Made by a program: the position numbers and the translations under genes
DNA from: an uncultured archaeon
Lineage (GTDB): Archaea; Thermoplasmatota; Thermoplasmata; Thermoplasmatales; Thermoplasmataceae
NCBI GenBank assembly: GCA_000965745.1
Contig: CP009479.1
Coordinates: 1,440,001-1,504,000 of the forward strand
Direction of reading: 5' to 3'
Length of the DNA stretch: 64,000 nt
The notes under the pieces: model-generated
What the model was told of the DNA's origin: nothing
Database searches by the model: none
The model's input: the letters and a program-made list of their open reading frames with translations, nothing else
Shown: piece after piece, positions 58,308-64,000 of the stretch
How positions within the stretch are numbered: position 1 is the first letter of the stretch
Layout: each line of letters starts with the position of its first letter

Positions 58308-59276
58308 ATGAGCTTGAAAGTCATCGAGATCGAGAACCTGACAAAGATTTTTGGGGGGAAGCTCATTGCGGTGAACAATGCGAAATTCACAGTCGGGAAC
58401 GGCACCATCTTCGGCTTTCTGGGCCCGAACGGTGCAGGTAAGACCACCAATATCAGGCTGCTACTGGGACTGATACGGCCAACGGCGGGGGAAGTCAGGG
58501 TCTTCGGGGAGCGAATGACCCCCGGCTCCTCCAAACTCCGCAGGAGGATGGGCTACCTTCCCACGAACCCCAGGTTTCCTTCAAAAATGACCCCCATCAA
58601 GTACCTTGATTTCGTAGGGAAGCTCTTCAATCTCGGGAAAGAGGAGAGGATGAACCGACTCTCCAGCCTCCTCCGGTCGGTCGGGCTGCTTGGCGATTCC
58701 TCTAGAGAAATCGGCGGGTTCTCCACGGGGATGACGACGCGTCTGGGACTCGCTGCGGCTCTGATGAACGACCCTGAACTGCTGATCCTCGACGAGCCCA
58801 CGTCAGGCCTGGACCCGGCCGGAAGGAGGTCCACCCTGGAGATGATAGCAGAGCTTGGCAAGGAGAAGACGATTTTCGTGTCGTCTCACATCCTGAGCGA
58901 CATCGACAGGATATGCTCGGACGTTGTCGTGATTAGCGGTGGAAGGAGCATCTTCTCCGGCTCGATGAAGGACATGAAGAAGCGCACTCGCAGCAACATA
59001 ATCCGTCTGGAACTGGAAGGGGATCTGATCAAGCTTTGCGAAGCGTTGAATGACGCGAAATGGGTCGTCAGCTTTGAAACGAGGGGCGGCTACGGCGTGG
59101 ACATCATGTTCGCCCCCGAGATGCCTATGGCCGACGCGGTCAGAGAGGTGACGAACCTCGTTTCGCGGCAGGGCTTGGACTTAATTTCCGTGACCTCCTC
59201 GATGTCCAGTATCGAGGACGCCTTTATGGAGCTGCTCCGAGGTGAAGAATCCCGTGGGTTCCTCAGAGCTGCATAG
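58308..59276 (+). CDS. ABC transporter ATP-binding protein (ABC-2/DrrA-like)
   Basis: GPNGAGKT, FSTGM, LILDEPTSGLDP, SSH. Confidence 0.95.
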   Translation: MSLKVIEIENLTKIFGGKLIAVNNAKFTVGNGTIFGFLGPNGAGKTTNIRLLLGLIRPTAGEVRVFGERMTPGSSKLRRRMGYLPTNPRFPSKMTPIKYLDFVGKLFNLGKEERMNRLSSLLRSVGLLGDSSREIGGFSTGMTTRLGLAAALMNDPELLILDEPTSGLDPAGRRSTLEMIAELGKEKTIFVSSHILSDIDRICSDVVVISGGRSIFSGSMKDMKKRTRSNIIRLELEGDLIKLCEALNDAKWVVSFETRGGYGVDIMFAPEMPMADAVREVTNLVSRQGLDLISVTSSMSSIEDAFMELLRGEESRGFLRAA

Positions 59277-59997
59277 CTTTGGGGGCACCCTCGCCCCCTT
59301 CCTTGCAATCGTGGAGGCGGACCTGAGAAGCCTCTTCAGCAGCAAGATAACTTACGGATGGCTGCTCGCTGCGGTCTTCATCCAGGTGGTGATTACTCTC
59401 GGTTCACGCTCGGCCGGGACGACTTCAAACGTGGTTTCCTCCGGGCTCTCGGACTTTGTCTACCTCTGGAGTCTGGTGATTATCGGGCTGGCCGCGAGTT
59501 CGGTCTCATTGGAGGCGGGAGAGCTTGCAGATTCCATAATGAGCAAGTCGGTCACGCGCCTCGACTACGTCTGCGCCAAGTTTGCCTCGCGGATTGCGTA
59601 CACTCTGATCGGCTTTTCTGTGGTCACTGCGGTGCTGGTGGGCCTCGCGCTGAGGCTGGATGTCAGCGACTACAGCACGGCCGGGCTGGCGTCGTCGATA
59701 GTCCTTGTAGCGCTGGCCCTGGTGATGCTGACGGCGCTCGGGGTCGGACTCAGCGTCGCAATGCCGTCCACCGTCACGGCCATGGTCACCCTTCTGGTCC
59801 TATGGTACTCTATGACATTTTTCTTCCCTGTCGTCGGTCTCGGCGTCCTTTCCCCAGGTACGCTGGTGGGCAACCTGCCGGGGATTATCAAGGGCGAGTG
59901 GAGCTGGGAGAACTGGGAGACCTTTGCGGGTTTCGTCGCAATCTCAGGAGTCTCAGCGGCGCTGTCTTCGGCGTACTTCTACCTCAAGGACATTTGA
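59242..59997 (+). CDS. ABC-2 type permease
   Basis: About 6 TMs; E.GE..S.MSKSVTR.DY..AKF motif; overlaps the ATPase gene. Confidence 0.85.
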   Translation: MKNPVGSSELHSFGGTLAPFLAIVEADLRSLFSSKITYGWLLAAVFIQVVITLGSRSAGTTSNVVSSGLSDFVYLWSLVIIGLAASSVSLEAGELADSIMSKSVTRLDYVCAKFASRIAYTLIGFSVVTAVLVGLALRLDVSDYSTAGLASSIVLVALALVMLTALGVGLSVAMPSTVTAMVTLLVLWYSMTFFFPVVGLGVLSPGTLVGNLPGIIKGEWSWENWETFAGFVAISGVSAALSSAYFYLKDI

Positions 59998-60648
59998 GCC
60001 TTCGGTTCGTTCCCAGCGGTTGCCCAGCCGGTGCTATACAGTAATCAACTCCCGGTTCCAAACTTTCTCCGGGTGGGACGGCTCAACGTCCGACACCAGC
60101 GCCCGGCAGGTCGCTTTGACGGCTCTAGGAGACATGACGGGCACGTCGTTGCCCTCAATCCAGCGGAGGTCTGCTTGTAACAGAAGACGACTTCAAGGCG
60201 CCCATGGATTGAGTTCTTGGTACATGAGATGTCAATTAAAAAGTTCGTTTGTCCACGCTTTCATGATGATGATAGCGTGAAAGTATCCTATCCGAGTACC
60301 GAATGTAGGAAGGGAGATGAATGCTTCCTTACGAGGATGCTAACCTCAAGATCATCATCGCACACCCTTGGCCAGATATGGGATCATATCTGGTTTAAAA
60401 GAATATACAAGATCATACAGGCAGTCCCAGCGAAGTTCAAGGACCTCATCCTGGCGAGTGTGCTGAACCAGATTGTCGAATCTCCGGATACAATGTAGAA
60501 GCTGCAGAATGAACTTGCAGCAAGAAGGCAGAAAGGTGTTGGATGATTACTTCATCAACAAGATGGAGGTTTAGCGAGACCTTGAGAAGCTGGAGCGATT
60601 GGTTAAGGGGGACTTCAGATTAGATTGTATGAAAACGATGGACATTTC

Positions 60649-61905
60649 GATCGTGTGCATAAAGTGATGTAATTTTAAAGAGGTCCCGCAAAATTTGGAA
60701 TTAGGAGGACCAAAAGATGCAGGACCAGTTGAACATGGTAGAGGAATTAATAAGCACTTTCCTGAATGACAATCAGGAAGGGAAGAAACAGCTGATCGAG
60801 TGGTTTCTGAACGAAGTCATGGACAGGGAAGCGATGGATCAGATCAAGGCGAAATGGTACGAGAGATCTGAGCAGAGGAAAGCGCACAGGAATGGCAAGA
60901 GGAAGAGATCACTGAAGACATCGGACGGCGATCTGATGCTGGAGAAGCCCCAGATACCTGAGTTTCCATTCGAAACACAGGTATTTGACCGGTACAGCAG
61001 AGTCGAGAGAGCAGTTGAATCAGCAATCCTGGAATCGTACATACAGGGTGTCTCAACAAGGAGAGTGAAGAGCATTGTTGAGACCCTTGGGATACGAAAA
61101 GTATCCCCGTCCTATGTCTCATCGCTTTCATCCGATCTGGATCAAAAGGTGAAGGAATTCCTTGAGCGTCCCATAGAAAAGGAGATCAGGTACATGTATG
61201 TGGATGCCACATACATCAAGGTACGCCAGGATTCAAGGTACAAAAGCATGGCGCTGTACATTGCAGCTGGCGTCAGGGAGGATGGGTACAGGGAAATCCT
61301 GGGGGCAAGGCTTTATGACTCTGAGACAGAAATCGACTACGAATCATTCTTCGATGATCTTAAGGATCGCGGCCTGAGAGGCTTAGAGCTGGTGATATCA
61401 GATGGCCATAAGGGAATCAGGGAAGCGGTACTCCGATCATTTCCAGGCGCATCATGGCAGTTCTGCCATGTGCATTTCATCAGGAACCTGATGAAGAAGA
61501 TTCCAAAGAAAAGATGGGGGTCAGTATCACTCATAGTGAAGGAATCACTTGAGAATCCTTCACTCATGCCTCTTGCACAGCAGGCATTGATGGATCATGG
61601 AATGGACAGGGCTGCTGAGATGTATGAGCGATGGTCGGATTCACTGTACAACTATCAGTCTTCCCCTAGAGGGCACTGGAGAAGGATCAGGACAACAAAC
61701 ATGATGGAGCGTCTCAATTACGAGATCAAGCGTCGTACAAAGAAAGTGGGTGCGTTTCCATCTGAGAAAGCGTTGATCAGGTTGGCAGGAGCGGTGTTGA
61801 TGGACGTGAATGAGGAGTGGATCACTGGGCGAAAGTATTTGAGAATGGAGGAGTTGCACGGTGGGGGAGTCCCTCTTTAATTTACAGCACTTGGTGCACA
61901 TGACC
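60649..61905 (+). mobile_element. IS256-family insertion sequence, 1257 bp, with imperfect 27-bp TIRs and 8-bp TSD GACATTTC
   Basis: Left end GATCGTGTGCATAAAGTGATGTAATTT vs reverse complement of right end GGTCATGTGCACCAAGTGCTGTAAATT (21/27); GACATTTC at 60641-60648 and 61906-61913. Confidence 0.93.
60717..61880 (+). CDS. IS256 family transposase
   Basis: RNG, GVSTRRV, YVDATY (D), ISDGHKG (D), QFCHVHF, TTNMMERLN (E). Confidence 0.96.
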   Translation: MQDQLNMVEELISTFLNDNQEGKKQLIEWFLNEVMDREAMDQIKAKWYERSEQRKAHRNGKRKRSLKTSDGDLMLEKPQIPEFPFETQVFDRYSRVERAVESAILESYIQGVSTRRVKSIVETLGIRKVSPSYVSSLSSDLDQKVKEFLERPIEKEIRYMYVDATYIKVRQDSRYKSMALYIAAGVREDGYREILGARLYDSETEIDYESFFDDLKDRGLRGLELVISDGHKGIREAVLRSFPGASWQFCHVHFIRNLMKKIPKKRWGSVSLIVKESLENPSLMPLAQQALMDHGMDRAAEMYERWSDSLYNYQSSPRGHWRRIRTTNMMERLNYEIKRRTKKVGAFPSEKALIRLAGAVLMDVNEEWITGRKYLRMEELHGGGVPL

Positions 61906-62112
61906 GACATTTCATTGAAAGAATGAAAGATATATCTTATTCAGGACCAGACTCCAAGAAGAACAAATGCGAACAAGATTTTGTAGCAGAATATGCGGGT
62001 TGGATAATAAAATGCATGGTCAGGTGCTGTAACATAGTGTTGGGAACACTTTCCACTCAAAGAAATAGGGACTCTCTGATGCTCTTATTGAAGAGTACAA
62101 CAACTTGTTAGA

Positions 62113-62376
62113 AAACAGGGATCGAATTTTCATGGCACAAATGTCGCCACACATATGCGAAGAACCTGATCAGAAACGACGTGGATCTCGAAACCATACG
62201 TCAGTATGCTCCTGGGCCATGAGGACCTGAGCTCGACTCAGATCTACCTGCACCCCTCACAGCTCAAGGCAATCGAGCACGCAAGGAAAATTAGCCTTTT
62301 TGGTGAAGACGGGGTACAGGACCCTTCGGATTTGAACCGTATGGACCGGCGGGATTGTAAACCTATTTGGGTTTAA
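62113..62376 (+). pseudogene. C-terminal remnant of a tyrosine recombinase (frameshift near 62205)
   Basis: FSWHKCRHTYAKNLIRNDVDLETIRQ, then +1 frame MLLGHEDLSSTQIYLH: HxxR, LGH and catalytic Tyr. Confidence 0.8.
62319..62356 (-). other. Two tandem tRNA 3'-end-like fragments (putative att scars)
   Basis: Minus strand CGGTTCAAATCCGAAGGGTCC (62319-62339) and AATCCCGCCGGTCCA (62342-62356), just upstream of an integrase. Confidence 0.5.
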
Positions 62377-62413
62377 ACCGTATATTTATTTACATTAAAA
62401 ACATCAGATATGT

Positions 62414-63712
62414 ATGAGGATTGGGAAAAAATACAACATGCTTCTTGAGGACCCGGATATTAGGCGATGGTACGACAATCTGAAAAGGGGATCACAGTCA
62501 ACGGCGGACGTTAGACTTAGAGGGTTAGGACGATTCTGTACACATTATGATACCACGCCTAAAGACTTCTTAAACAAGAGTGAAAAGGAGATGTCCGATC
62601 TAATGATGGATTATGTATCTGACTTAGAAAAGGACGGTAAGGCACCCGCATACATTGACTCATGTCTAAAGCTGGTACGTTCTTGGCTCAAGTATAACTC
62701 AATAGTCCTTACCCGTTCAATTAAGATCAAGAATGCCAAGATACCCACTACACTTAACGGTCAGAGGACACCATCACAGGATCAGTTAAAGAAGATACTC
62801 CAAGCCGGTACAATGACTTCAAGGGTTTGTATATCTCTAGTTTCCCAATCCGGCATAAGGCTTGAAGTGTTAGGCGATTATTCGGGAAAGGACGGCCTAA
62901 GACTCAAGGATTTTCCTGAGCTTGTTATTGAAAAGGACTCGGTAGATTTTGAGACCATACCGGCCCGGATTGTGATCCGTAATGCATTGAGCAAGGCGGG
63001 CCATGAGTATTTCACTTTCATAGGTCCAGAGGGAGCGGAATACATCAAGGACTATCTCAATGAAAGAATGAGGAAAGGGGAAAAACTGACACCTGAGACA
63101 CCGTTAGTAATTCCAAGGAATCACGGAATACACTTCATTAGCACCATAAATATAGGCGATCAGATAAGGACGGCAATAAGAAAAGCCGGGTTCCCCTGGA
63201 GACCTTACGATCTCAGACACTATTTCGCTACTCAGACAATGGAAGCCGAATCAAAGGGAGCCATTATCAGAGATTGGAGAGTGTTCTTTATGGGCCATAA
63301 GGGAGACATAGAACATCAGTACACGCTTAACAACAGGACACTTTCAAAGGATAGGATAGAATCCATGAGGGAGTCATACAGCAATGCCCTTAAATTCCTT
63401 GAGACCGAAAAGAAGGGAATATCTGAAGAGGACCATGCAAACATACTGAGGGAGCATTCAATCAGGACATACGCAATGATTACCGGATCTGAGTTATCAG
63501 ATGATGAAAGGGAAAGGCTCATGTCTCTGGAAGATTCCGATTTCTGGAAAGAGATTTCAGAGAAATACAAGCAGAATAAGAAGGACACGCTCAATAACGG
63601 ACACTCTCAAAAAGTGGTCAGCGTTAAAGTAGTGAGAGAATACATCAACCAGGGATGGGAGTATGTGAATACACTTCCTGGAAACAAAGAGGTAATAGTG
63701 AAACTTCCATGA
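62414..63712 (+). CDS. Site-specific tyrosine integrase
   Basis: SGIR (R), SKAG (K), YDLRHYF, FMGH, HQY catalytic Tyr; N-terminal SAM-like domain. Confidence 0.9.
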   Translation: MRIGKKYNMLLEDPDIRRWYDNLKRGSQSTADVRLRGLGRFCTHYDTTPKDFLNKSEKEMSDLMMDYVSDLEKDGKAPAYIDSCLKLVRSWLKYNSIVLTRSIKIKNAKIPTTLNGQRTPSQDQLKKILQAGTMTSRVCISLVSQSGIRLEVLGDYSGKDGLRLKDFPELVIEKDSVDFETIPARIVIRNALSKAGHEYFTFIGPEGAEYIKDYLNERMRKGEKLTPETPLVIPRNHGIHFISTINIGDQIRTAIRKAGFPWRPYDLRHYFATQTMEAESKGAIIRDWRVFFMGHKGDIEHQYTLNNRTLSKDRIESMRESYSNALKFLETEKKGISEEDHANILREHSIRTYAMITGSELSDDERERLMSLEDSDFWKEISEKYKQNKKDTLNNGHSQKVVSVKVVREYINQGWEYVNTLPGNKEVIVKLP

Positions 63713-63721
63713 GGATTATGC

Positions 63722-64000
63722 TTGAAATACATTTACATTGACGAGAGTGGGGACTTGGGTCTCTCAAAGAGTGGATCTACTGTTCTCGTTATTTCCGCTT
63801 TAGTGGTAAACAACTCGAAGGACCTTGACAGGATTGTCAAAAATGCTAGGAGGAATAAATTCAGAAAAGAACTTACTGGTGCATCTGAAATTAAAGCAAA
63901 CAAATCAAGTTCCACACTCAGGCGTTACATGCTCTCAAGATTGAATGGACTTAGCTCTGCTTACGCAGTGCATTGCATCCTATACAAGGACATGATTAGA
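63722..64000 (+). CDS. DUF3800-like (RNase H-fold) protein, 3'-truncated by the window edge
   Basis: TTG start; MKYIYIDESGDLG...ELTGASEIKAN; frame open to the window end. Confidence 0.78.
   Translation, partial: MKYIYIDESGDLGLSKSGSTVLVISALVVNNSKDLDRIVKNARRNKFRKELTGASEIKANKSSSTLRRYMLSRLNGLSSAYAVHCILYKDMIR

Larger units (their letters stand above)
60217..62115 (+). pseudogene. Degraded transposase relic, possibly IS1634-like, interrupted by IS256
   Basis: Fragments LGQIWDHI..FKDLILASVLNQIVESP (left) and AEYAGWII / LSDALIEEYNNLLE (right) recall IS1634-family motifs; multiple stops and frameshifts. Confidence 0.3.

Noticed and set aside
59358-60044. 228-aa Arg/Gly-rich ORF
   Set aside because: Alternate-frame artefact of the GC-rich permease gene
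1-64000. CRISPR array, cas genes or rRNA
   Set aside because: No regularly spaced direct repeats in any intergenic gap and no recognisable cas or rRNA sequence

Overview
Archaeal chromosomal window, very likely from an acidophilic Thermoplasmatales member. Indicators are thermopsin-type surface proteins, a crenarchaeal-type SSB, tetraether synthase, archaeal LeuRS/PheS/ligase and GGTGA-type ribosome-binding sites. The left ~36 kb is mostly housekeeping: cysS-pncA-pncB, a Grs-family B12-radical SAM, pntAAB divergent from dsrE-tusA-sqr-DUF1641, tRNA-Gly, tes-archease-pdaD-leuS, truA, lig, ssb, tRNA-Arg and ggt. The 36-50 kb region is surface-related: a large beta-propeller adhesin-like protein, a three-gene operon with two secreted paralogues resembling donor-strand 'thread'-type filament subunits, pheS, an orphan DNA methyltransferase and a thermopsin-like protein with altered motifs. 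The right end is an accessory/mobile zone: a GC-rich ABC pair, an intact IS256 (TIRs and 8-bp TSD) sitting in an older transposase relic, a broken integrase carrying tRNA 3'-end-like scars, then an intact tyrosine integrase and a truncated DUF3800-like gene. Best leads: (1) the putative thread-like filament operon at 40.5-42.6 kb; (2) all three tRNA genes carry C at a near-invariant U (C55 twice, C33 once), hinting at C-to-U editing or an unusual tRNA architecture; (3) a Grs-like/Tes lipid neighbourhood bracketing transhydrogenase and sulfur genes. No CRISPR array or rRNA was seen. All family assignments come from motif recognition by eye; no searches were run.
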